From Rhizaria sp. SCN 62-66 (taxonomy: Eukaryota), in contig MEDY01000341.1 in the NCBI GenBank assembly GCA_001724265.1, positions 1 through 32,489 on the forward strand: DNA of 32,489 nucleotides, read 5' to 3'. Position 1 is the stretch's first letter. Every line of letters begins with the position of its first letter. A program made the position numbers and the translations under genes. Shown here piece by piece: positions 18,701-29,786 of the stretch. The notes beneath the pieces were generated by a model. The model did no database searches. It was not told the DNA's origin and saw only the letters and a list, made by a program, of their open reading frames with translations.

Positions 18701-21700
18701 CGTGGTCCTTCTCAGAGACAAGGCGATCACCGAAAACGTGAATACACTCGTGCACCCAGAGACGCGCCATAGCTTCCTTGGTGTCGGTAAACTTAGAATC
18801 GGAGCGCAGCACGCCCTGAAACACGGCGGCGACGTCGCGCAGCGTGAACTGGTAGTGCGGGCACGCGGGCGTCGGCAGAAACTCGTCGCGGACGGACTTG
18901 AACACCTCGAGCGTGGCGTTAGCGAGCGCGGGAGCAAGACCCTTAACAGACTCCTCGAAACCTAGCAGGTGCGTCGCCGCAATGGTGCGGTACACACGGC
19001 GGATTTGCGCGTCCTCGGAGAAAGGAATATAAAGCACAACGCATTTGGTCATAAGGCGCTCCGAGAGCACCTCGCGCGCGCCACCGGGCGGTGCCATGGT
19101 ACCGAGGATCTGAAAGTCGATGATGTGCTTCTGCGGAGGCGACGTCTGCATCGACGCGCGCTCGTACACGAAGCCATACTCGAGGATCTGGCGCAGCATC
19201 TCGATCGGCTCCTGAGAGCCGAACTGTGACTTGCGCGGCATATTCATGTCATCAATCACCACAACGAGTGCGTTCTTCGAGCCAGCAGGGCCGTAGGTCG
19301 TGCGCTGGCGCTTTTCAAGCTTCGATTCGATAGCTTCCTGAGCCTGGCGAGACGTCGTACCATAGGAAAATGATACATTCATCACGAGCACATTACTGTC
19401 ACGGCCGGCGTCCTGCGACGCCGAGGGGGCGGACGCAGTGCCGTCCGCGTTGACAGCGGCGTTGGTAATCGCACCTTTGGCGGGCACACCGAGGCGTGCG
19501 AGCATTTCAGAGACGATGGTGGTCTTGCCGGAGCCCTCGGGGCCAATGGCGAGTGTGGCCATGCTAGAGCCGACAAGCGCGTTAAGCAGGAAGCCGTACT
19601 TGACAGTGTCGGCGGTAGGCACGACGAGTGTGTGGAACGTCGCGTGCGCTTGAGGGCGCCACGTCGCGGGGACGCGGTCCTCCCACGCGAGCCAGTCGCG
19701 CTTGACGGGGTCGACGACGTAGTCGAAGCAGGTCTGCAACGGCGGGAACTGAGTGTCTAGGTCGCGGAAAACGGTGTCAACGAGAGCACGCGAATGCGCA
19801 TCAAGGGTGCCGCAGAGACCCCAGATGGTGGAGAAGATCCACCACAGCTCGACCATGCGGAGGTAGCTCGAGCCAGTGTCCTGGCGCGCGTCAACACCGT
19901 TGGCGGCGGTGGCCACAACGTCGAAGAGACGCGTGATGTTGAGCACCTTGTGCATGTCCGACGTGCGAACGGGCTCCTCTACGTGCGCGGGCTGGCCGTT
20001 TGCGTCCGTAAGCGTCACAACGGGGTCGAACGCTCGCAAGATAGGTACGACGAACTTGTCCACCAGGCGAGCGATCGTGTCGCACGCCTCGCGGTTCAGC
20101 AGCGCGCCCTTGGCGGGTTTAAACGCGACGTTAGAAGCGGAAGCAGCGGCACCGGTAGTACCGGCCGCCGGAGCAGCGTTAGAAGCAGCAGCATCGCCAC
20201 CAGCAGCAGCGCCTGAATCGGCGGCAGCAGCAGCGGCAGCAACAGCCGCGGCACCAGTGCCAGCGTTGGCGTCGGAGCGCTGAAAGGCCTCCCAGTCGGC
20301 AACCTTGGCGCGGAGCCAGCCAGTGAGGTATGTGCGCCAGCCGACGAGGTTCTTGTCCATGTAGATCATGCCACAACGTGATACGGTGGCGGGGGAAGCC
20401 TGCGATAGGTCGGCGACCTCGAAAATGAGCGAGACGTTGGCAGGCAGCTGAATGCGGTCCTGGTTCACGAGTGTGAGAATCTTGTTATCGTCGAGAAGCG
20501 AGTTCATCGACTCAATCCAAAGCGTGTCGACGGGACCATCCATAACGACCCACTTCTCGGTGTTCGTCTCTTGCGCAGTGAGACAGGCCTTGCGAATCAG
20601 CGACGCAAGCGCGCCGTCACGCCACTCTTTGGTGGCGCCATCATAGCAGCCGTAGAGCTCGTCGACGGTGACAGCCTTGGGGTTCATTGGTAGCACCTCA
20701 ACGGGCAGCCAGGGACCGCCCAGTACGCTCGTCACCGACGGCGCGGGCTGCCAGTTCTTGGAGTTCAGCTGTTGCTGCTGCTGTTGCTGCTGCTGAAGAG
20801 CGACCTTCTTGGCATGCAGTGCAGTGATCGAGCGCGCGAGCATGTTCCACGCAGTCGACTTGCCGGCGAGCGAGCCACCGACGAGCATGTTGCCGTGGCG
20901 AATAGACTTGGACTCGAACAGCTGGAGCGTCTTCTGCACAAGGGGTGCGTGCTCCTGCAGCTGCGCCAGACGCACCTGATTTGTGATCTCAGAGCCCAGG
21001 GCATCGAGCTCAGTGGGTGCGGCGCCGGCCTCCTCGAAGCAGTCGTGGAGCAGGCCATCGAAGAGCGCCTCGTCGTCGGGCACAAGCGACGAGGTGTTCA
21101 TGTCGCGCAGTGCCTGGATTAGCACGTCGTCCTCGCGCACAGGCGGGACTGAGGGCATCGACGCCGCGGCAGCCGCAATCAAGGCCTGGCCGGCGGCAGT
21201 GTTAATGCCGAGAGACTGCGCTTGCACGTGCGCCTGCGCCATCTGCTGGGCGTGCGCGGTGGCGGCAGCGGTGGCGGCCATTTGGCGCGCGAGCGTGCCA
21301 GCACGCGTAAGCACTGCCTTAAGCGCACGGAGACCGTAAGAGTAGTGTGATTGCTTCGACAGTTGCTGGTCAACGAGACGGTAGACGGAGAGCAGCTTCT
21401 TGGCCAGCGAGTCGGCCTCGACAAAGCCTTCGGAGAGCAGCATGATCTCGGCAATGAGCAAAGAGTCTGGCACCATCATGGCGATAGGGCGGAAGAGCGC
21501 CTTCAGGTTCTCGGGCAGCTCGGAGCGGCCCTCGTAACCAGCACCGCGGGGGTTCATGGTGATGAAGATACCGACGTTGGCGTCGAGCGCCATGTCCTGG
21601 TTGTCGAAACGGAAACGCGTCTTAGACTGGCGCAGCGCGTCAAAAATCGTCGAGACTTGCAGCGCAACGACAGAAAGCACATCAACGGCGATACGGTTGA

Positions 21701-24700
21701 ACTCATCGAAGCAGCCCCACGCGCCAGTCTGCGAGAGACCAGAAAAAATGCGAGCCAGTGAGCGCGGATCCATATTGGGCGTGCAGTTGAAGATGAGCAC
21801 GAAGCGGCCAAGGTTCTTACCGAGATCCTTGACAGTCTCAGTCTTGCCGGTACCGGCGGGGCCCTGGGGCGCGCAACCGAGGATGAGCGAGAGAGCGTTG
21901 GTCATCGTGATATAGGCACGGTCAGTGAGCGGAGTCACAACGAGACGGCCGTTGTTGCCCTGATACTCGTAGCCATAAGGGAACGTGGCGTTGTTCTGCT
22001 TGGTGAAGCAGCGGCCAAACTCGCCGGCCTTGGACTCGAAGTAGAAGCGTAGCTGAGACGTCCATTCAAAAGACTGCATGGGCACCTTGGCTTTGGTAGC
22101 GAGGCGCAGGCGCTCAATGACGTCACGGTTGTGCACCTCAATAACCGTGAGCGCGTTGATCTTTAAACGGTCAATCTTGCTTAAGTCCTGGCGCACAGCG
22201 CGTGTGAGCACCGTGATGTACTCCTGCCAGTCGGCGTGCAGACGGCGGATCGCCTTGCGATTCTTGACCACGTCCTGCAGTGCGAGCTGGCACTTCATGG
22301 TCCAGCCTAGCTGGCTCGACGCGATGACCATCTGGCCCGCGGTGAACTTGATCCACTGCGCCAGCGACTGCGAGCGTTTGTGCGTCTGCATCTGCACAAA
22401 GCTGAGCACACGAAGTAGCTCCTTCTGCAGCGCCTCTGAGACGGAGCGCTCGACCTCACGCAGCCAGCCCTCGACCTCACCGTCGACCTGGACGGGCGCC
22501 GAGAGCTTGAGCTCCTCGCCGTCGGGCGCAATAACGCCCATGATCTCGGTAAAGCGCGCACCAGCCTGCAGCAGCGCGGGAGGCGGCTGCAGCACGGAGA
22601 GCGACTTGATGCCCATAAAGAACTTAGAGAGGTGCTTCTGCACGTACGCCGGGTCGCGGCCCTGGCCAAGAACCTCAAGAAGGTCATCGTTGGCAAGGAA
22701 GTAGAAACGTGGAAACGCAGCACGCTTGGTCTCAAGGAAGCGGTCGAGCTTCTGGTTGATCTTCTCGAGCGTCTCGAGCATACGTGTGAGACGTTCAATG
22801 AGCCCGTCCTCGAGCAGATCGAGCGCGAGACTGCGGCGCGCAAGCTTGTCCATAACCTCGACCCAGCTGGCGTTGACAGATTCAAATAGAGAAGTCTCCT
22901 GCGGCAGCTGCTTGCGGATGTCCACGGACTCGGCGACAACGCTCTCGTGATACGACCACTTGCTCTGCACCTGCAGCATCATGTCGATCGACTCTGCAAG
23001 CTCGTTAAGCGTGTGCATCCAGTGAGTGATACTCTTGGCAAAGTTGGGGAAGAAGATTGAGTTCTTCTGTGTGGCGAGGATGAGCTGGTGCGCCTCGAGC
23101 TTATCGGAGAACTGCTCAATCGAGCGGATCTTCCAGTACTTGCCCTTGTAGCGCGCGAGGTCGAGACGTTCGACCTCCCAGGTGCGCGCGATCTCCTGCA
23201 GCTGCGTCTCAATGGTCATTTCACGCGCGGCGATGCTGGCGACGTGCGCGACGGCTTCGGCATGCATGTGTAGACCGAGCGCGAAAACTTTTTCAAGCGT
23301 AAGCTCGGCAGCACTGGAAACCATGGGCTGCTGAGTCTCCTCCTGGAGCATCTCCCAGTGGCGCGGGCGCATCGCGGAAGAGCACAGGTGGCCGATGAGT
23401 GGCAGCGACTGGCGAAAGCGCTGCACGAGGCCGGCAACTGCGCGCCACGCCTTCCAGAGCTTAACAACACGCGTCATCTTGGTGAGACGCGTTTGGAAAG
23501 CTGAAGCCTGATTGTCAAGATCCGCGGCGTTGAGGTCGGCGAGCTTAGACACGGACCAGGAGCGCCACTTAGCGAGCCACTGCTTGGTGCAGAGCCACAC
23601 AGACTCGAGAAGCTGAAGTTCCGCCTCGGTCTGAGCCATCTCCTTGTACTCGGGGTGGGGAATGCCGAAGACGTCCATACCCTTGTGCATCGACACCGCC
23701 TTGGCACGGTTGTCCGCGAGGCGCTTGTTGAACTGTTGCAGGATCTCTGTCGCGGCCTCAACGTCGGTTTCAACCGGGTTGTCGGGAGCGTCAAAGGGAC
23801 CGTGCTCCTTGAGATCGGTGCGGGTGTCGAGCACTTGCTGGGCAAAAAGCGCCATCGTCTCCTCGAGCTCGTTACGCATGTCCACCTTCTTGGCTTCGAG
23901 GACCTGCTCGGACTCGTTCATGCTCTCGCTCATGTTCTGGATCTCGAGCTTAAGCGAGTCCATCGCCTCTTTCTCTTCGTCAGAAATGTGCACGTCGAAG
24001 CGGTCAAGCGCCGTGTACGTCTCGCGCAGAGTGTCGAAGCGCGACTCGATAAAGGGGAACTCGCGCTGCAGAGTAAGCACCAGACCGACGGCCTCGGCAA
24101 GCTCGTCCAGAGTGTCTGGACGCGCTTTGAGGCGGCGAATCGACAGCGCGCACAGCTCGCGCATGCTCTTGCACTCCTTAACGGCCATATCGTGGAGCAC
24201 CTGCAGGTACCCCATTTGCCACTGCTGGCAGTGCGACAGGATCGACTGCTTTAGCTTGGCGCAATCGGCACGCAGGAAGCCGACGGAGCGGATCGACTCC
24301 TCGGCCGCAACGTCTTTAGCGCTGTTGCGGTAGATCTCGATGTCGCGTTCGATCTTCTTGACCTCGCGCTTCTTCTCCATCGCACGGCGGATGAACTGGC
24401 CCTTGTCGGGGGACCAGATGGAGTAGTAGCGGTCCGTGAACTCCTTCAGCAGACTGTGCACCTTAGGAGCGATGTCCGTCGGCGCGTTTACGATTGGCGT
24501 CAGCAGACGCAGTATCTCGGCGTCGTTAGAGATGGCCATAAAGAAGCTCAGCTCCTGAGGCGCGTTCAGGCTTAGCGTGACATCCGCAGTGTGTGCGCCC
24601 ACCGGCACAGAGACGGCAGTGGTGCCAACCGCAGCAGAGGGAGCACTGAGCGCCGCGACAGTGCCGTCGGCGCCGTCTTCCTGGGCGAGCAAAGCGTGGG

Positions 24701-27700
24701 TGTTGAGCAGGTCGGAGTAGCGCTGGATGTCCTGGATGGTCTGAATGGCCAAGTAAACTGTTTGGTTAATGACGCCCGTGAACTCAGACAGCGAAGGACG
24801 GATGCCAACAGACAGTGCACGCTCACCAGCGGCGGCGCGAGCCTCAGCAAGCGCGCCACGGTCGTCAAGCACGACAGAGACCTGAAAGAGTGGCGAGCCA
24901 GAGGCGGGCGTGCCGACCATCGTCGAAGGGTTGACGTAGGCGCCGCTAGATGAGCTGCTGTTGTAGCCAAGCGCGGCCTCGGAGACGATCGCGCGGCCAA
25001 ACTCGACAAAGGCGCGCTTGACTGAGACACGAAGCGCGTCTTCGATCTTGCGGTCGACCTGCTTGACGTAGCGCACCCACTCACGCTGCACAGTGCGAGG
25101 GTGGCCCTCGATGAACGTCTGCGCCTTGCGCAACGTCGTCTCGATCGTCGTCTTGATGTCCGTCAGCTCCTCCTTTAGCACCTTGCGGTGCTCGCTCTGG
25201 CGCGCGTCAAACGAGACGAGGTCGTACACAACCTTTTTCTCCAGCGAGATGAACGTGACATCGGCGAGGCGCGCGCAGTTGTTGTTGATGTGCGCGTTGA
25301 AGACTTTGAACTGGCAGATAAGGGCGTACACCTCGCGGCACTTGGCCAGCGCGTTGGACAAGAACCAGTCCTTGACGTGGGGCTTTTGCGTCCACGTGAT
25401 CTTGGACAGTCCAGGCGTGACGATGCGGTCAACCTGGCGCAGGTGCTCTGCGAACAGACGCTTCTCCTCAACACTCAGCGCGTCGATGATGGCGTTGTGC
25501 GCGCGCACGAGCGCCATGACTTTCTCGCGCATCGCGCGCAGCGGCTCGGCCTGCGCCGTGGCCTCGAGCGCGGCGTACGGCGCTGGGAAGTCGCTGTGCA
25601 GCTTGGCCCAAGCGCGCACCTCGGTGAAGAGGCGCAGCAGCGGCTTGTCAAAGTTGCACTCAAGGTGGCCCATGGTGAGCCCTGACGCGGCGAACTTTTG
25701 CTGCATCTCATGCACTGCACGAGCGGCCTCGTTGGCGGCCGCGACGGCGGACTGAGCCTCCTGCTGGCGGCGAGCCTCTTCGGCCGAGGTCTGCGAGTTG
25801 GACACGGACGACGTGCGGCCGTGGGACGCGGCGCGAGCGGCAGCGACGGCCTCGCGGGCGATCTCGGCAGTGCGCTGCGCTTCCTGGATCGCGGCGTGGA
25901 TCGCGGCATTGGTCTTAGATCCGACGCGGACCATGAGCGCGGTCTCGAGGCGATCGCCGAAGATGCGGCCGTCCTGCATCGAAACAGTAGCGGCAACGGT
26001 GGCGACCCACTCCGTGTGCATTTGGCGCATGTATTGCGTGAGCGAGTGCGCCAGCTTGAGGTACTGCACCTCAGCGTCGTGCACCGTTGCGGGTTTGGCC
26101 AGGTTCAGCGAGTGCGCGGTCTGTAGCGCAGAGTGGGCCGCGTCGGCGCGCAACAGCAGAGAGTGCGCCCACAGTGCGCGGCCCGCGAACGTGGGCTCGT
26201 CCATGCCGGCGGGAACGTGCCGCTCCTTCTGCTGCTTGGCGAGGAATAGCGAACGGATGGCCTTTAGCTCCTCGCCGAAGAGCAAATAAAGCGCCTCACC
26301 CTTTTCCTGGATCTTGACCTTAATCGCAGGGCGCACTGCGAGATCAAGCAGCGCCTCAATGAGCTGGACGCCAGCAGCAACGGTACCGACGTTTTCCCAA
26401 GCGGTGTTGATGACGTTGCCCATCATGAGCTCAAGCTCGCTCATTGCCATCTTGAAATGGTTGTAGTCGTAGTGCCACTCGGTCGTCTTGACGTTGAGGA
26501 TGTCGTACGACAGGTGACTGAGGTGATGCACACGCTTGCGGAACGCCTCGCGAATCTCTACCAGCGAGCGGTGTAGCTCGCGCGCCCGCATGCCGCCGAA
26601 CGCAGAGATGCCGGAGCGCTTGCCGGGACGCAGATGGGCCGAGATACGCGCAAACTGCAGCTGTCCCTCGCAGACCTCGACGAGGTTGCCGCAACGTTGC
26701 ACAAAGGCGTCGACCTGGGCGAAGATGCCGTTGGCGCTAGCGTCAAAAAACCAGTTGCGGCAGTCGGGGTCGCGCGCGATGGCGATGGCGGCGCGTGCGT
26801 AGAGACGGCGCCACTCCTCACAGGCCGCGATCGAGTGGCGCAAGCGCGCAAGTGAAGTCTCGGCATCGCCGTCAAGGATATCCTTGAGCGAAAGCGCCTT
26901 GGAGCACTGTTGCACGATCTGGGTCGAAACCTTGCGAAGCAGACCGGTGAGACGCTCCTCAACGCCGTAGTGCGCCGAGGCGGACCAGATCATGCGCACG
27001 ATGTTAAGGATGCGTGGCAGCAGTGACGCCACCTGGTCGGGCTCGGCCTTCGAGAGCTGCGTGCAGGGCTCCGCGAGCGACTCGAGAAATCGCAGGTTGT
27101 CATTAGCCTCGGACAGGCCGGTCTCAACGCGCGCGCGCAGCGAGTCGTAGTCGGACAGGTAGCGCGACTCGGCCAAACGCAGCACGGCAACGATGCGCTG
27201 AACACCGGGGCGGTCGAGCTGCTTGTTGATGTTAGAGAGGTCGTGCGCGCGGTCGCGCCAGAACTGGATCTCTTCCAGAGGGCCGTCAGTGTCCTGTGTG
27301 AGCAGCGTGGCCTCCTGGTTGCCCACGACGTCTTTGACTTGGCGTGTCCAGTGCACCATGGTAGCCTCCAGGCGCGCAACAAGGTCCGAGTCCTTGACAG
27401 CGCGCGCGGGGTCGGCGCAGGGTTCGTCAGGCACGTAGAGGATGGTGCGGCCCTGAGTGAGGTACGTGGTTTCGACCAGGGACGCCATGAACTTGTGCAA
27501 ACCGGCGGTAAAGTCGCGACGCACGCTCTCGGGCCACTGCTCGTTGTGGGTGAAAACGGGCATGTACTCAGACGTCATGTCGCGCAGCAGCTGCTCCATC
27601 TCGTCCAGGCCCACTGTGCCGACGGCAACGTACTGGCCGATGTTGTGACGCGACAGTTCAGTCTCAGGCTCCAGCTTCACGAAGTACTGGAACGTGTCGA

Positions 27701-28085
27701 GCGAGCGCGTCTCAACAAAGTCAGTGTGAATCACAAGGTGCTCGCCCTCGGAGATTGTCACGATACACTTGGTCAGCTCCGGGTTCACCAGGAACTCGTA
27801 GCAAACGTCCTCATGGTCCACTGTCCACATTTCCCTAGAGAGAACGAAAGCAAAGTAGTTAAAAGCGACAGAGAGGGATAGTGGTTGAGTTCAGGCAGGT
27901 AGATGAGGTAATATATGCCAGAAAAGAACAACCATGCATATGAAAATATGAGATTGGACGTGGGGGACGTACTTCTTGAAGCCGGGGAGAGTGATCTTCT
28001 GTTGAAACCACTCGAAGAGGGCATAGTCAAACTCCTCCTGCTCCTGAAGCTGGCGGAGTTGCTCGCCAAACGTACGGATGTCCAT
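12717..28085 (-). CDS. DNAH2: Axonemal dynein heavy chain, inner-arm I1/f beta (DNAH2-like); exons 28085-27973 and 27834-12717; 5076 aa
   Basis: P-loops GPAGTGKT, GGSLAGKS, GPEGSGKT, GVGGSGRQ, and Walker B CFDEFNR. Stalk/MTBD (EVKSYTKPPKAV...LCDWVCAM) and C-terminal WSKRGTALL. The long N-terminal tail WPESVRRDF...LHKFMASL...ARLEATMVHWTRQVKDV matches the DNAH2 type. Splicing AA|G joins exon 1 (MDIRTFGEQ...PGFK) in frame to EMWTVDH. Confidence 0.9.
27835..27972 (-). other. Spliceosomal GT-AG intron (138 bp, phase 2) in the dynein gene
   Basis: Donor GTACGT, candidate branch TTTAAC, pyrimidine-rich acceptor CTTTCGTTCTCTCTAG. Removing it restores the frame to the upstream ATG at 28085. Confidence 0.85.
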
Positions 28086-28347
28086 CGTAAAGAGCTGCAA
28101 AGGCGCCACAGAGGGGGCCGAGTGTCTTTACGCAGAGATCCTGTTTTAGGCAAAGACGCGGGGGAAGTTGTGCTGTGCTAGCGGGTGTAGTCTCTGAGTG
28201 TGAAGAGCAAAACAAAAACAGGCCTAGAATAAGATAAGCAACGTTTCTTAGGGGACATAGTCAAATTATAATATAAATTGTGTATCATATAATACATCAA
28301 AGCAACATCAGAGCTAATGACGAACAAACGGACGAGCTGCAGCTGCT

Positions 28348-28497
28348 CCAGCGATGGTCCATAGGGACCGTTTCTGGCTCGGCCAGTCCAAGTTTGAACT
28401 CTGTGACCGAGCATATCAACAAAGTTAAGCCGCAAGAGCTCTCGCCAGTCAGGCAGACTGGACCAAGACTGCACCTGCCTGACCGAGACTGGCCGAG
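28348..28497 (+). ncRNA. Candidate structured RNA or small foldback element of unknown class
   Basis: Hairpin at 28348-28377 (13-bp stem, 1 mismatch, G-U pairs favour + strand). Perfect 11-bp inverted repeat 28378-28388/28487-28497. Inner 9-bp inverted repeat 28448-28456/28475-28483. No recognised snRNA or snoRNA motifs. Confidence 0.25.
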
Positions 28498-28648
28498 TGA
28501 GTCTATAGAAAAGCATAGCTAGTGCGTCAGGCTGATCGTCAAATAGCATATTATTTTGTGTATGATGGATGTAAGTTTGTTTAACTATTTGTGTTTCTTT
28601 GCTTAATTTCTACGATGCGCTATTTGTGTAGCTCTGCGTGTCCGCAAC

Positions 28649-29119
28649 ATGCTGAGCCGTCTCAGTTGGCTTGCCCGCCCCCTCACAGGCGCTGTACCTC
28701 AGGTTGCCGCCTGCCAGGCCGCTTCTCCCGTCGCCACCCCTTTCCGCATGGCGATCACTTCTAACAAGTCTAACAAGAGCACTCGCAACGTCGCCAAGCA
28801 CCATGCCAAGCGCACCGCGACCCTCGCTCTCCGTGAAGGCACCACCCGCTTCGACCTCTTCCCCGAAGTCACCCTCCGTGACTTCCGCCGGTACGTTCTG
28901 CGTTCTAGCTCATGGCCACACTCTAGATTCTCCTGATCTTTTCTTTGAACTGTTGACCTCCCAATCTTTTCGTTCCTGTTTATACCCTATGCGTTCTCCC
29001 TCTCTAGTTGGCCTCGCCCCATGGTGCTCGAGTCGGACACCATCCCTAACTTTGTCCGTCCCGCACCCCAGCTCGTCACCAAGAAGCCCTTCGCCACCCT
29101 CGATGTTATCCCCTTCTAA
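28649..29119 (+). CDS. Small basic protein with a predicted mitochondrial presequence, unknown function; exons 28649-28890 and 29008-29119; 117 aa
   Basis: The N-terminus MLSRLSWLARPLTGAVPQ... is R/S/L/A-rich with no acidic residue in the first 62 aa, and codons end strongly in C. Splicing CG|T gives ...RDFRRWPRPMVLESDTIPNFVRPAPQLVTKKPFATLDVIPF with TAA at 29117-29119. Confidence 0.8.
28891..29007 (+). other. Spliceosomal GT-AG intron (117 bp, phase 2)
   Basis: Donor GTACGT, T/C-rich body, acceptor GCGTTCTCCCTCTCTAG. The signals match those of the dynein intron. Confidence 0.85.
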
Positions 29120-29786
29120 ACGCGCTATTCTCTGCGTCACTGGTGCCGCTATGGCGCCTCAATGCTGCTCTATTGCACCGCTGGGCATGTCTAACTGACT
29201 TCATGTTTAGCCGTGAGACGAGGCTCATTAACAGCCTGTCTAACGGCTCGTGCTCCTACCACTACCTATCACTGTGTCAATGACCAGACCCGTGCGCAGG
29301 TGTGGTGATGCGTGGCACACCTTATTTGCTACAATTTGTGGTGGGCGTTGTGCCCTACCCGCCGTTATCTATCCGAGAGTGCATCCGTTGCGCCTTATCG
29401 CGCGGAGCTCACCTTTTGACTATGGTTTATAATACATTTTGACATATCTTCCTTTTCACTTGTGTTTCAAATACGCTGACTTACAAGCTGTATGTAAGGC
29501 ATTGTATCCAGTCATATATATTTTCAACCTGTCATTGCCCATTATGGCCCGCTACATGGGTATTATGATGATGTCTTAGATCTGCGGACCAACAGCTCGA
29601 TCGCAGGACTTAAGTTGCTCAGAAGAACATTTGCTTCCGAGATATCGGGATCGTCAAGTTGGATTTGCGGTCGAATTTCTGGTATCAACGTGAATTTAAC
29701 ATATTCTGCTACAATTATATTTCGAAGCATGCATATCTAACCTCACGTATCACCTCTTGTCCATACTCGACTCTTGACCCAGGCGC

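Noticed and set aside
28308..28528. U3 snoRNA on the minus strand (GAC...TTTCTATAG near the 5' end, CTGA about 220 nt later)
   Set aside because: It lacks the GGATCA part of box A, box B and a TGATGA box C.
29273..29319. SECIS-like stem (ATGA...TGAT)
   Set aside because: The upper helix is too short and out of register with the GA quartet, there is no apical AA, and the upstream CDS has no in-frame TGA.
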